64,000 bases of DNA from Paraphysomonas bandaiensis (GCA_965644295.1 CBFFRP010000314.1:1-64000); one strand, 5' to 3'. Positions 10,401-23,199 are shown, counted from the stretch's first letter. A program made the numbers and translations. The notes: generated by a model not told the origin, from the letters alone.

Positions 10401-11949
10401 ATATAACAAGGCTTCTTCTTTTTTTCCGGATATATATATATGTATTTTTCCTAACTCGCTCAGTGACATTTTGGAGAGGTAACTAGTTTGTTTACTAAGG
10501 TTAAGGATAATCAGAAACACACCAACTGAAATAGGTCTACCTAACCTTACACTACCACTAACTGATCTAGACTAAAAACTACCCCCAGTCGAGTAGGATT
10601 AGAGAGTCTAATCGATTTCAATTATTAATTACGCCAACAAAATCTTCATACAAACCTGATAAAATGCAGCACACATTTATGAATCGATTGGCTTGTTAAT
10701 ATGCTTCGACATTAATTTCATAACCTGCACACGGTATTAACTAAAGTAATAAAATGACACGGATATACCTCTGGAACTGTAACCGTAGGTTTACCAAATA
10801 AATTGGTCAGTGTGTTGTCATTCTGAACGACCTTCTTGTTGCCAGGGTCTTGTAGGTTATTTTTCCTTTTATCGCCAGTGTAAAATACATAATTATTCAA
10901 AAGATTTAATGTGTATATTACTTTATATAATCCCAAATTCCCTTCAATGCTTCTTGTCTGGTAGCCTCCGAAACACCCAAAACACCGCTCAGCTGGGGAG
11001 AAAGATGGTGCTTCTTGAAAACCCTCGGGTTCCGGACAGCCTTCACGACTTTGTCTGCAACAGGCATCTCGAATCGACAGAAGTTATATGGATAAAATTT
11101 ACACTTAAACGAGACAAGAGTGAAATGGAATGAGAAGGGAAAGAAATGCTTTCAAAGAGCAGTGGGCTGTATGTACAGCAGGGTACACTGCTACACCAGT
11201 CCAGTGCTATGCGTGCAACAGAAGGAGTTTTTTGACCTATTCCGTTTTCTATACATTGGACTATTCACAGCTGCCAGGGCCCCAAACACCTACTTTTGGT
11301 AAAGATTTCATAAATACCACCCTTTTTATATTGTGTAAATTACGTAGTATTAGAGTATGTATTTTGTATATACGGTTGCTGGTATACTGGCAGGAGTGTG
11401 TTGTATATGAGGGTCATGACCATATATAGACACACAGACAGTCTATTGTGGGGTGAAATTATGACCCCACCTGCAGATTAAAACAAAGGACGATTGATGG
11501 AGTCGTTAATGGACTGACTTGACTTCACTGTACCGCAAGCTTCATGCTGTGCAAGACCATTACGATGGCTTTTAACCGCTTGAGACAACTGAGTCATGTG
11601 TGTGGTTACTACCATCAGAAGAGACAGTGAAGTGGAAGAGGGCCCTTACAGGAGGATGAAACACTGCTTGAGCCGTTATATTGCAGAATGTATGCTCAGT
11701 GTTCATCCTGAGAAGCTCTTCCGATAATACTAAGGAGCATTTTCTCCACGTAGCGACTGACCCTCCTCAGCGATTGCACACTTAGGTTGCCACTAGCTAC
11801 GACCTTTGACGAATATACACCATCACTTTGTATGATACCTCCCTCCATTGGTAGCTACATAAGTACTGCCTACTTCACCAGCGGTTATGTTCCAAACACC
11901 ATAACATACGACTACATACTATCGCAACGCTTTAACACCACCATGAGCC

Positions 11950-14900
11950 TGTTGGAATACGTATGGTTCTCTAAGATAGTACTGTAGAATACGTTAAATA
12001 CAATGTGAAAAACAGTAATACGTAGTCAATAGTCAAAGGTGCTATATAGCTATAACTGTGAAACTGAAGTATTATATCATGACGATTCAAGATACGGAAG
12101 TTGAGCAGTGGTTGACATGAACGAAATAATTTATCATGTTGTTGACATGTGTTACATGACAACACACACAATTGTGTATACAATCATAATAAAGTAATCT
12201 ATCTAGTTTGACTAACTTAAACTTCTCTTACAACGATCTTAATCATCTGAAAATGGTCATTAGTCAACATGGTAGCGAATGCGGAGGAGAGAAGGAGGAT
12301 AGAGCTGATGTTCCATGGTTCGACGAGAGCAACGTTGAACAATGGATCGAAGACTTTGAGACGTTCCTTATGAGAAAGGAGCAGAGTGAGGTGGCTCTAG
12401 AAAGGCCACCAGAGGAAGAGGATTTCGGAATTCAACCCCTGAATAGTCTTGAGACCAAGTCCTACAAAGAAGCGGTGGACAAGTATTGGAAGGCGAATGC
12501 AATTGCCTACTCATACTGCAGAGAGGCGGTGAAGCGATCTCCGAAGGCGCTGCAGAAGTTTCATCTGAAGCACAAGGAGTTCAAGGCAGCTGAAGGAAGA
12601 GTTAATAAGTTCAGCGCCAGAGAGATGGTTAGCACTCTTAAATCGTGTTTTGAAGGGGGAACACAAAACAAGATTAGTGCTCTGCTTGCTCAGTTTGGAT
12701 CATTCGAGATGAAGCCAGGGGAGACCGCGAAAGAGTATGTACTGCGTTTTGAGCTGCTTCTTCGTGAACTTCAGGCGCATAACCAAACGGTAACGGAAGA
12801 ATCAAAAATTAGTAGGCTGAAGGAGGGAATTATCAGTGATGAATATGACGGTTTGAATTATGCCCTGTATTTAATGCCCGATGATGTACCATATGAATTG
12901 CTATCCAAACGTATCGAACAGTTCGACGACACCAAGTATGGGAGGAAAATCATAGAGAAGAAGCGCAAGAGCACGGAGGAGCTGAATCATATTGAAAAGC
13001 CTCGAAAGAAAGAGAGAGTATCTACAAAGAGGAAGTGCACTTATTGCTCGAAGAAAGGTATAATACACAATCATAATACAGAACAATGTAGGAAGAAAAA
13101 GGGGGAAACGAAGGGACAAAGACCGGGCAGTAAGGAATATACAGGATGCAGAGTATGCAAATCCAAAAACCATCGCGCGAACGAATGTCCCCGAAATTCG
13201 ACTGGAAAGACCAAGAAACCCCAGAAATCTGGGAAGGTTTTCACATTCGAGAATATCCGCAGAGGAGGAACCGAGTCTGACTCGGAGTCCGAAGCGAATA
13301 TGCTTTATGACTGCGCTGTTGATATATATGATAAAAGTGACACATGTTGTATGATTGGTACTGCTGAACACTATACATACATAGATACATGCTGTTCATC
13401 ATCAATGTTCTTAATGAATGATGTGACCATGCTTGACACTCATATGAATACATCAAAGGTGATAAACGGATCTAAGAAGGGATCAGAGATTCATATCACA
13501 AGTGTGGGTTCCCGTGGAGCATGGAGAGACATAGAAATTTCAGATCAGATCAATCGATGCCTGTGCTCCGGACGTAAGCTGAACGAAATGGGCTATCGAT
13601 TCACGGTGTGGTATGGGATCCAAATCTATGACTGTAATACCGGTGAGCTGGTACTGGAGGGACCCATGAAGAATGGAATGACTGCAGTTCCAACTCAGCA
13701 GCTGTTGGAGCTTCCAGATGTGTCTACACCGAGTAATTGTGAAGTAAATCTTAGCGATAGGACTGGTGAGGACGAGCTGGAACTGCTGCATAGGAGAATG
13801 GGCCATTTCAACAAAGGGGCTCTAACGGAGGCACATAGAAGGATGTTGTTCACTGGCTCAAATCTGCAGAGGAAGCACCTATCGAAGACTGCATTAAAAA
13901 AATCTTGTCTCTGTAGCATATGTGCCAGATCAAAGATTACGAGAGTTTCGTTTCACACAAAGGAGGATACGGATGTCAAGCCGGACATATCGGCTGATGT
14001 GCAAGTATTTCTGAATACTCCCGCTCGAGGTGATGAGCGCTACGTGGTCAAACTAACTCATCACCCGAGTAGGATGTTCTGGGTAAAAGGCGTAAACCAG
14101 CGTACTAAAGAAGAAGTGATTCAGTTTTTTAGAGAGGTGTTCGAAGGAGAGATTAGGCAATATAAGCTGAGAGTGGACCACTACCACGCTGATGGAGCTG
14201 GAGAACTCATAAATCAAGAACTTAGGAGCTATTTGAGATCACAAGGCTGCTACAAACATACTTGGTCTTCAACAGATAGTCCGGAAATGAATGCAGTAGA
14301 GGAGCGAAAATTCAGGACTGCATCAGAGATGGCGTTGGCGATGTTGTTGCAGTCAGGCCTACCGGTTCCATTCTGGTTAGACGCGTATCATGCTGCTCGC
14401 TATACACTGATCAGACTCCCTACAAGGACGGACAGAGGATACATGTCCCCATATGAGTATGTCACGGGTCAGCCACCCAGTTTGAAATATTTTAGAGTAT
14501 GGGGGTGCAAAACTTATATATTGACACCTAAGGCGGACAGGCGAAAGGACTGGGACGATAAATCAAAGATTGGATACCTAGTGGGATATTCGGAAGATAA
14601 AGTTGGATACCAGGTGTATCTCCCAGCAACCGATAAGGTAATTACGTGTGTACACATACTCACAGATGAGAGTATACCTTCCCGCACCGAAGAATATTAC
14701 GCAGAAATCGACGCTCTCCGAGTACGAACAGCACCTAGACCAAAGACGGTGAATGATTATCAGCATCTCGTGAAGACTTTTCACATAGACGATGAAGACG
14801 GGCTGTTGTACAAGACCACCAGAGTGGTAGAAAGAAAGGGTGTCATTGTTGGTTATCGGTCACTTGTAACTGCGGGGAGAACCCACATTGAGCAGAAGGT

Positions 14901-17430
14901 ACCCATACATATAGAAGATGTTCAGGTAATGACAAGGAATACGCCTGGATACACGGGATATACGGGAACGAGGGACGCCTCTAGTACCACTGATGGACGG
15001 AGTACGTCCACTATCCCAGCGCCTGAGAGCCATCAGGAGCAGCTAGTTAACCATGGTATTATTCAGGGAGCACCTGATGAAGATATGACTCAAGGAGTAC
15101 TTGATGAAGATGCAGCTCAGGGAGTACCTGAATATACTGATACTATAAATTCTAACAGTACTAATACCCTACAGAGAGTATCTAAAAGGGATGCAGAGAA
15201 ACGTAAGCGTTTACGGAGGAGGCTAGCTAATGCTTCAGTGTTAGGAGAAATTAACATGATAGAGGTAATGGATGCCGATGTAAATGTCATGGATTCAGAG
15301 GAGAGTACTGAGAATAAACACGTCCATGAACCGAACAGTTTTCTAGAGGCGGAGAGGTCCCCTCAAGCGGACGAATGGAGAACAGCCAGACGAATAGAGA
15401 AGAAAGCTCTTTTACGAAGAGGCGTTTTGAAGATAGTACGTCGACCATCTGGGGTCAAATTAATCAGATGTAAGTATGTTCACAAACTCAAGCGTGACAT
15501 ACTAGGCAACATACAGAAGTATAAAGCTCGACTAGTCGCACTAGGAAATCTTCAGGAGAAAACTGAGGAGGAGCCATCTACATTTGCACCGGTCGTAAAA
15601 GGGATAACTATCAGGCTCGTGATTGCAATTGCTTTTATGTTCCATATGCATGTACACCAGCTTGATGTCAGTTCTGCATTTTGTTATGCAAATTTAGATG
15701 AAGATGTCTACATGTACCCACCTCCAGATGAGGAGCTCAGCAATGGATGGTGCTTTAAACTCATCAAAGCACTATATGGTTTACGAGCCTCACCGCGTCA
15801 GTGGAATCGCCACATCGATAAATTCATAAAGTCAATGCAGTTTAGATCATGCGTGTTAGATACCTGCTTATATTATCGTTGGCACCAAGGCAAACTTACG
15901 TTATTACTCCTGTATGTAGATGACATCATTATCGCATCTGTGGATTTTGAATTCCTTGTTTTTGTCAAGAACAAGTTCTGCCAAACGTTTGAAATGAGGG
16001 ACATGGGAGAGTGCCAAAGTTTCCTAAATATTCGAATCACGAGAGGCGAAGACTGGTTCAAACTAGATCAATCGAAGTATGCGGAGAAAGTGATTCAGAA
16101 ATTCAACCACGTCATGGGAAACAGTAGAAAGAATAAGGAAGCTCCGTTGCCATCAAATGCACAAGAACTACTAGCTGCAGAACGGGAACTTACATCAGAA
16201 CAGGAGGAATGGGTCTCAAAATTTCCGTATCGTAGTATTATTGGAGCAATCCTGTATCTCGCACTCCACACAAGACCAGATCTCGCCTATGCAATCGGAC
16301 TACTATCGAGATACAGCAGTAATCCTACATACGCATCGTGTCGTTTAGCTATTCATTTATTGAAATATTTGAGAGGCACCACCAGCAAAGGAATCAAATT
16401 CAGTGGGAGTAAGTTTGATTTACATGTATTTAGTGATGCGGACTGGGCAGGTGATATACTAACGAGACGTTCAACTACCGGTTATATTGTATTCTTATGT
16501 GCTGGAGCAATCGCATGGCAGTCCAAACTGCAGACTACAGTTGCAACTTCCAGTATGGAGTCCGAGTATATGGCAGAATATGCGGCCATGCAAGAACTGG
16601 TGTGGCTACGGGGGGTGTTACGAGAGCTAGGACTCGCATTGACGAAGCCAACCCCATTCTTCATGGACAGCAAGAGTGCAAAAGATCTGTCAGAAAATCC
16701 AGTCTACCACAAAAGATCAAAACATATTCAGATAAAGTACCACTGGGTTCGGGAACACGTAAATGGAAGGTTTCCTACAGCCAGATTGATTCATGTATCG
16801 ACTAAGGATATGGCGGCCGACATATTTACAAAAGCGTTATCTACAAAGCTCTTTAAACTCCATGAAGAAACTATCACAGGGGAAAAGAGGAGCATTTCAA
16901 ATGAAGTTGAGAAGAATCAGAAGAAGCGGTTCAAGAAAGGTTAAGGGTGTGTTTTTAGTGGGTAAGAATCCCACATAACTGTGTTACAGCGAAGTGTGAT
17001 GTTCACAGTATCTTTATGAAGATTTTCACATCCGTTTTATCCTAAGATGACTAGATGATATATATAGCTGCAGTATAACGACGATTACTCGTTTCTACAT
17101 TGAGGAGGAGTGTTGGAATACGTATGGTTCTCTAAGATAGTACTGTAGAATACGTTAAATACAATGTGAAAAACAGTAATACGTAGTCAATAGTCAAAGG
17201 TGCTATATAGCTATAACTGTGAAACTGAAGTATTATATCATGACGATTCAAGATACGGAAGTTGAGCAGTGGTTGACATGAACGAAATAATTTATCATGT
17301 TGTTGACATGTGTTACATGACAACACACACAATTGTGTATACAATCATAATAAAGTAATCTATCTAGTTTGACTAACTTAAACTTCTCTTACAACGATCT
17401 TAATCATCTGAAAATGGTCATTAGTCAACA
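11950..17430 (+). mobile_element. Complete Ty1/copia LTR retrotransposon (family 1)
   Basis: 320-bp LTRs 11950-12269 and 17111-17430 (TG...CA, apparently identical); TSD GAGCC; PBS TGGTAGCG at 12270; PPT GAGGAGGAG at 17102-17110. Confidence 0.98.
12253..16944 (+). CDS. Gag-Pol polyprotein (Gag with two zinc knuckles, protease, integrase, RT, RNase H)
   Basis: Uninterrupted ORF; CRVCKSKNHRANEC, YIDTCCS, HRRMGH...CSIC, DDE core, LDVSSAF, LYVDDI, FSDADWAG in copia order. Confidence 0.95.
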   Translation: MVISQHGSECGGEKEDRADVPWFDESNVEQWIEDFETFLMRKEQSEVALERPPEEEDFGIQPLNSLETKSYKEAVDKYWKANAIAYSYCREAVKRSPKALQKFHLKHKEFKAAEGRVNKFSAREMVSTLKSCFEGGTQNKISALLAQFGSFEMKPGETAKEYVLRFELLLRELQAHNQTVTEESKISRLKEGIISDEYDGLNYALYLMPDDVPYELLSKRIEQFDDTKYGRKIIEKKRKSTEELNHIEKPRKKERVSTKRKCTYCSKKGIIHNHNTEQCRKKKGETKGQRPGSKEYTGCRVCKSKNHRANECPRNSTGKTKKPQKSGKVFTFENIRRGGTESDSESEANMLYDCAVDIYDKSDTCCMIGTAEHYTYIDTCCSSSMFLMNDVTMLDTHMNTSKVINGSKKGSEIHITSVGSRGAWRDIEISDQINRCLCSGRKLNEMGYRFTVWYGIQIYDCNTGELVLEGPMKNGMTAVPTQQLLELPDVSTPSNCEVNLSDRTGEDELELLHRRMGHFNKGALTEAHRRMLFTGSNLQRKHLSKTALKKSCLCSICARSKITRVSFHTKEDTDVKPDISADVQVFLNTPARGDERYVVKLTHHPSRMFWVKGVNQRTKEEVIQFFREVFEGEIRQYKLRVDHYHADGAGELINQELRSYLRSQGCYKHTWSSTDSPEMNAVEERKFRTASEMALAMLLQSGLPVPFWLDAYHAARYTLIRLPTRTDRGYMSPYEYVTGQPPSLKYFRVWGCKTYILTPKADRRKDWDDKSKIGYLVGYSEDKVGYQVYLPATDKVITCVHILTDESIPSRTEEYYAEIDALRVRTAPRPKTVNDYQHLVKTFHIDDEDGLLYKTTRVVERKGVIVGYRSLVTAGRTHIEQKVPIHIEDVQVMTRNTPGYTGYTGTRDASSTTDGRSTSTIPAPESHQEQLVNHGIIQGAPDEDMTQGVLDEDAAQGVPEYTDTINSNSTNTLQRVSKRDAEKRKRLRRRLANASVLGEINMIEVMDADVNVMDSEESTENKHVHEPNSFLEAERSPQADEWRTARRIEKKALLRRGVLKIVRRPSGVKLIRCKYVHKLKRDILGNIQKYKARLVALGNLQEKTEEEPSTFAPVVKGITIRLVIAIAFMFHMHVHQLDVSSAFCYANLDEDVYMYPPPDEELSNGWCFKLIKALYGLRASPRQWNRHIDKFIKSMQFRSCVLDTCLYYRWHQGKLTLLLLYVDDIIIASVDFEFLVFVKNKFCQTFEMRDMGECQSFLNIRITRGEDWFKLDQSKYAEKVIQKFNHVMGNSRKNKEAPLPSNAQELLAAERELTSEQEEWVSKFPYRSIIGAILYLALHTRPDLAYAIGLLSRYSSNPTYASCRLAIHLLKYLRGTTSKGIKFSGSKFDLHVFSDADWAGDILTRRSTTGYIVFLCAGAIAWQSKLQTTVATSSMESEYMAEYAAMQELVWLRGVLRELGLALTKPTPFFMDSKSAKDLSENPVYHKRSKHIQIKYHWVREHVNGRFPTARLIHVSTKDMAADIFTKALSTKLFKLHEETITGEKRSISNEVEKNQKKRFKKG

Positions 17431-17509
17431 GAGCCATGAGCCCCATATTGACTGCATAAGATCGTGACTATTACTATCACAGATAAAATCTGATCAAACA
17501 AGTTAATAG

Positions 17510-17875
17510 GAAAATATGAAATATTATTCCACCTAGTCAATTTGGTTGAAAACACTAGTCATACTATTTTTGGTGGAATAACCTAGTCATGTAATAAATG
17601 ACTCAGCCTAGTAAATTTTGGTATTCAATTTAGTCGTTATTATATCCATTGACTACACACTGTGACTGCGTAAGATCCCATCTCCAACCACACAATATAT
17701 TAGTAGCTTACAGAGCATCAAAACAAACATTCAAACATAATAATAAGCCCATATATACATATCTACTTAACTCAGGTGTATACGTGTATGACTATCGAGC
17801 CTATCTATAGCTTATAAGTATATATAGCGATGGGCCCCCTGTGAGTGTTATGGGGAAGAGGGGCGCATGAAGCTT
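17510..17875 (+). mobile_element. Left-end fragment of the MULE family seen at 52563
   Basis: Colinear similarity to 52565-52916 including ACCTAGTCA subterminal repeats. Confidence 0.85.
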
Positions 17876-18432
17876 ATTAGGTACCAAGCAAAAATAAGGT
17901 TTATATGTTGTCTTTTAGTGTTTAATGCCTAAACAGAGGTTCACCAAATGCTATATGAATATGTTGTGAAATGTTTAGATTAAGAAATATACTCCTTTCT
18001 TGGAAGTACGTTGCGTGCAACAAAGCAAGAATAAGGTTTACGTGTAGAGCAAGGTTAGCTATTATTGTTATGTCCTATTCTAATAACTCAGATGTAGAAA
18101 GTAGAAACATAATACTAGTATTCGTAATAAGCTACTGTGTACTAGTCAATAGCTATATCAGTGCAAACCAAAAAATGGGAATTCAAAGTTATCGATTCTA
18201 CGTGGTCCATTGAGCCGAGGGTGATGGGAAACAGCAAGTGCTGTATAAATATTTATATTCACATTAACTGCAACATGCCATACGTAACATCTTAATATAT
18301 GCGAAGAAGAAATCAAACTGTAGAGGCAGAGTAAAAAGCAAAACTGTGTTTATGTCGACAATCAATAATGTACAGAATAAACAAACCTATCATCTGCTTG
18401 CCACTTTACCGTGACAAAAGAACTAATTCAAA

Positions 18433-21400
18433 TCATTCTGAGTCAGTAAAATATGTCACCAGTTTCGTTGACCGCTTGAGACCATCAATGGCACTTTTCT
18501 TTAGGTGGCGAGTGCCCTGCATGTACCGTGGATATCTATCAAGAGATCCCCCAGGTAGTACGGATGGACTTGCCATGGAACTTCCATAATCATTAACAAT
18601 TGAACTGCCAAAATCATCGTCCGTCAGCAATGTGTCCGTGGCAGCAATACTTTGCTCACTCGGAATAGCTGTACTGTTTCTGGAACCCTCCACTGAATTG
18701 TCATGACATTGGTTCACAGAGGTACTATCATATCCAAAACAACCTTTTTCGGGGGCTGACTGTGGTCTGGAGGTCAACAATAGTTCGGACTGTGCACTGT
18801 TCTGTATAGAGTTTGCCGCTGATTGACTGGAGTTTAAGTGTATGGAACTCCCAGTTGTTATCTCGTTGTGGGACGTAGGGTGGGCGTATGTCAGCTTCCT
18901 CCTGTTATCGGTTACACTATCGCGCAAGTGGACTGGAGCTGGTTTCACCGACAATATGACTCCCTCACTAACACGCTGGTTAACAAATTCTTCCAAGGAT
19001 TTATTCCTGTAGTGGCGGTCGATGGCGATACTTCCTGTTGTAGACGGTCTAAGTGATGTGGAAGAGACCCAACTATGAGTTGACAAATCCTGAGATAGTT
19101 CCTGTGATAGGTCGACCGCCATATTCTTACCGCTCCTAAATCCCTCATGTAACGATGAAAATGCACTATTACTGTCTTCCCCATACGAAACATTTTCATG
19201 CCCAACACTTAACAAGGCGGCTGAACCGGTACTTGAACAGCTCATCAAGTTCTTCCTGTACTCGCTCATGAGCATTTCGTCGGTTCGCTGGCGAGTCAAA
19301 CTTCGTGAATCACCTTTATTCGCATTTACAAGAAATTCTGATGAGTTCGAACTGAGTAAACCATAATCGCCAAACCCATCTCTACTTGAATGAGAATCAT
19401 CACTACGAATACGAGATCTCACCCCATGATACGGATTTTCCATTACTCGGAAATGCGGCATGCGATGCTGTCCGGAACTTCGTAAGTCTAACTTATACTT
19501 CCATTCTTTGTTTGAGTCCGTAATTAATCGTGGGGGTTTCCCTGTTCGACACCCAGTTAGCGGTCGGACACTGCATTTGGTTCGACGCGTCGAATTCTCT
19601 GGATTAGTTGTGTTCGGTCGTGCTGTATCTGAGGTATCTGAACAAGAATCATCAGGGACAGAACATAGCCCCAAAGATCGAGCATCAGTAGACAAAACAA
19701 ATGAGGTTTCACTCTGTTTGCGAACCATATCTACCAGAGAGGTGTACTTCGGACGTGCAAAAAAATCTATGGAGTTATTTTCATCTTGTTGCACTAAATT
19801 TACAGTCATTTTTCGAAAAGGGACACCAGGATGTGCATTGATCTCACGCCGAGAAAGCTTTACTTCACAATTCGGAACTGGAAATTGGTCGTCTTCGTGC
19901 TCACCATCACTTTCGGTGATAGATTTTTCAACTGGAATAGCGGATTTCGGCCGATGAATTCCTACCAGATGGGAAATGCTTTTTAACCACGGGATAACCT
20001 GTATTGACTTCGCGTTCAACACACTTTGCCGTCGTGCATCTGACGCTTTTCTCATCAACTTCGACGCAATCGTGAAGCTAAAAGCAGCTTTTCCTTCTGT
20101 GCGGTGTTTCAAGTTATCAGTAAATAACCCACCTTTCATCCGCATTGATTGACGCATTCTTTCGGCAGCCTTGTTTACGGCAGCTGCAGACGAAATAATC
20201 GGCGGCAACGTTGTATCCTCAGATCTAGGAGAGGTGCTTGATGTCTCGTCGTATATACTGTAGTCATCCGGTCCCCACACAGACTCTTTGCTCACTTTGT
20301 TTTTAGCATATGTGGACATTATGAGGACTACGTCAGCAGTAGGTTGGTTTAAGTTCACTGCGTTCCGTCGGGCAACCAGTCGACGTTTCGCCTGCATATG
20401 AGTAAAATAATTTCATAGAGGAAACGTATGAATCAGTAAATACTTTCGAAGTGCCAAAGCAGTGACCCTATAAGTTGAAAAGTATGATTACCTGCGGTTT
20501 GACGTGTTTCGTCCTTGACCAAGTTGTCCACTCTTCCATTCTCTTAACTGTTTCATGGTCAGTTGCAAAATTCTGCAGCAATTCCTGAACGTAACAAAAA
20601 TATCAGGCAATAAGTATAGTAGTCAAATCAGTTTTTACCGACTCCCCAATACTAGTGAAACACTTTATATTCTTTACTGGACGAAATCGAGGTGGAAAAG
20701 TGGTCAAATCAGCAATGCTAAAGCGCAAATATTAGAAACCGTCTTCAGTATGACAACGCTTACCTAATCAACAAAGCCCATGAAAATGCCGCGAAATATG
20801 CAGGTTGAGAGTTTTCCGCCCAAATTTCTAAATACATTATTAGAGATATTATAAAAAGTAAAGTATCTTCTTGCACGGACCAACTAATTCCGCTAACAAG
20901 TCATAGAACGCTATTTCATTAAGTGGACCGTAGCACGCTGTATCACTTAAGTACTCTGCTTTAGCAAAGTCAAGCGCTTCTTGTGGATTTAATTCTGGCC
21001 CAATTAGTGCCCCTTGGACTAAAATATTAAATTTGACATAGCCCTCTTCTGTAAGAGCATTTGTGTCAGGATCTTGGTACATAGAAACCAGCATCCATAT
21101 CATTCGAAATACTCGCCCCATTTCTACATTGCGATCAAGAAGTTCACGTCGCCTATATATGCTCTCGATTGTCTCCTTATCGCAATCGGGTTGCAATAAC
21201 TTTTCCTGAAATTTAGTTTGTACGGACTCGAGCTCACTCTTCTCCTCTGCTGTGAGTCCGCCAAGAGCAAGAATGAGCTTCATCGTGTACCATGACTGTA
21301 ACAGATCATATGGAGCATTAAACACACAGCTGCTTATGCAGTAACAGGTGACCTTCTTTATCTCTCGCCTAACACGCATGTCTGTGTTGTTAGTCTATTA

Positions 21401-22474
21401 GATGGCCTCTAAGAGCCCCGCATACACGATAACATCAATGAACAGTACAGGCTCAGTGCCGTATACGCATACAGGACAGTCACATCTGTAAAGCCCGCAC
21501 ACAGAGAGCGAGTGATACGCTTGTCTGCTCTGTCGGAGTGTTCTCTTAACCGCCCAGAATACATACATCTACACGGTATACTATACATGTACACGGTATA
21601 CTATACATCTACACGGTATACTATAGCTATATATGCAACGGTATTGTACGCTACATGCCACCTACTTCACATTCCACATATATACCTGCACAGTACAGTA
21701 GTACAGTACAGTACAGTAGTACAGTACAGCAGTACACAACAGCAGTACAATACAGTCAGATGACAATCATGTACACAACACACACATACAAAATGCAGCG
21801 CATGCGGTTGTGGACGTGTAGATACATGCATGTGGTTGATGTGGACATATAGAACATGCATGTGGTGGCGTGGACATGTACATTGATGCATGTGATGGCG
21901 TCGACATGTATATTGATGCATGTGGTGGCGTGGACATGTACATTGATGCATGTGATGGCGTGGACATGTACATTGATGCATGTGGTGGTGTGGACATGTA
22001 CATTGATGCATGTGGTGGTGTGGACATGTACATTGATGCATGTGGTGGCGTGGACATGTACATTGATGCATGTGGTTGATGTGGACATGTACATTGATGC
22101 ATGTGGTGGCGTCGACATGTACATTGATGCATGTGATGGCGTCGACATGTACATTGATGCATGTGGTGGCGTCGACATGTACATTGATGCATGTGGTTGA
22201 TGTGGACATGTACATTGATGCATGTGGTTGATGTGGACATGTACATTGATGCATGTGGTTGATGTGGACATGTACGTTGATGCATGTGGTGGCGTGGACA
22301 TGTACATTGATGCATGTGGTGGCGTGGACATGTACATTGATGCATGTGGTGGCGTGGACATATAGATAGATGGATCAGTAATATAAGAAAGTGAAGAGGG
22401 AAAACTCTCACTAAAGTGCTCGTACCTACAGCAATGAATACCTCATTGGCATTCGCATTCCCACTAAGTGCCAT
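18433..22474 (-). CDS. Multi-exon hypothetical protein (N-terminal helical/EF-hand-like part, long Ser-rich C-terminus)
   Basis: ATG 22474 (MALSGNANANEVFIAV|gt); small exons near 21555-21483, 21390-21352, 21297-20881 and 20580-20491 appear to join the 654-aa ORF. Exon model inferred from GT-AG sites. Confidence 0.6.
21825..22361. repeat. Minisatellite, 30/31-bp unit (TGGACATGTACATTGATGCATGTGGTGGCG), ~17 copies, in predicted intron 1
   Basis: Direct reading; 31-bp variants break all reading frames. Confidence 0.95.
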
Positions 22475-23199
22475 CTACCCTGATAATTCTCGAGGCCTGT
22501 TTCCATACACTCATTGTGTAGTTTCTCTTATAGTTCATATACCAAATTCGAACACCATATAATTTTAACTTTCTTTGTTCATATTTTGTTGTCTGCGAGG
22601 ATTTTTTTGGAAAGTGATATGCTATTTCAGTGTTCTAGTCGCAATCACTCTCATGCAATAATCAGATATTCTTATATATATTATTTCAGTGTATATGTAA
22701 TGAAATTTCTTATACAAAGATGTTGTGCTCTAATTTCTTATCAATCTCCCTTAATTTTGTTGTTTCTAAGTATGATCTTTCTTCTGCTAGATTATCATAA
22801 ACTTTGTTAATATGTCAGCACATATCCTCTTCTGCCTAAAATCAGGGAATGTTCTGTTTGATAGCAAAAAGAAGGAAGGTATTCGGCCCCTTATCAGTGT
22901 AATTGCTTGGAGAATGTTTTTGTACCGAGCTACTGGTTCCCAAAATGGTCGTGGATGAATATTATGCTGTTCTCGATTAATAAGCGAATAGTGTTGGTAG
23001 TAGGTTTGGAAATTGTACAATATAATGCAATATGGTAGTATCATCACAGCCGTGTCAACGCCATTATTAGTACTAGTCATTATCAAACCCACTATGCTAC
23101 CAGACAAAGATTACCTACCTACTGCTCAGCTAGTTACAACTTTCCTCATACTATTTTCTGAGCCATCATTGGTGATGCTATCATCACCATCTTTATTCA

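Noticed and set aside
11971-12183. Repeated 70-aa ORF (also 17132-17344)
   Set aside because: Incidental antisense ORF within the LTR.
21667-22474. His/Cys-rich repeat proteins in the ORF track
   Set aside because: Translations of a minisatellite that is open in several frames; 31-bp variants break frame.
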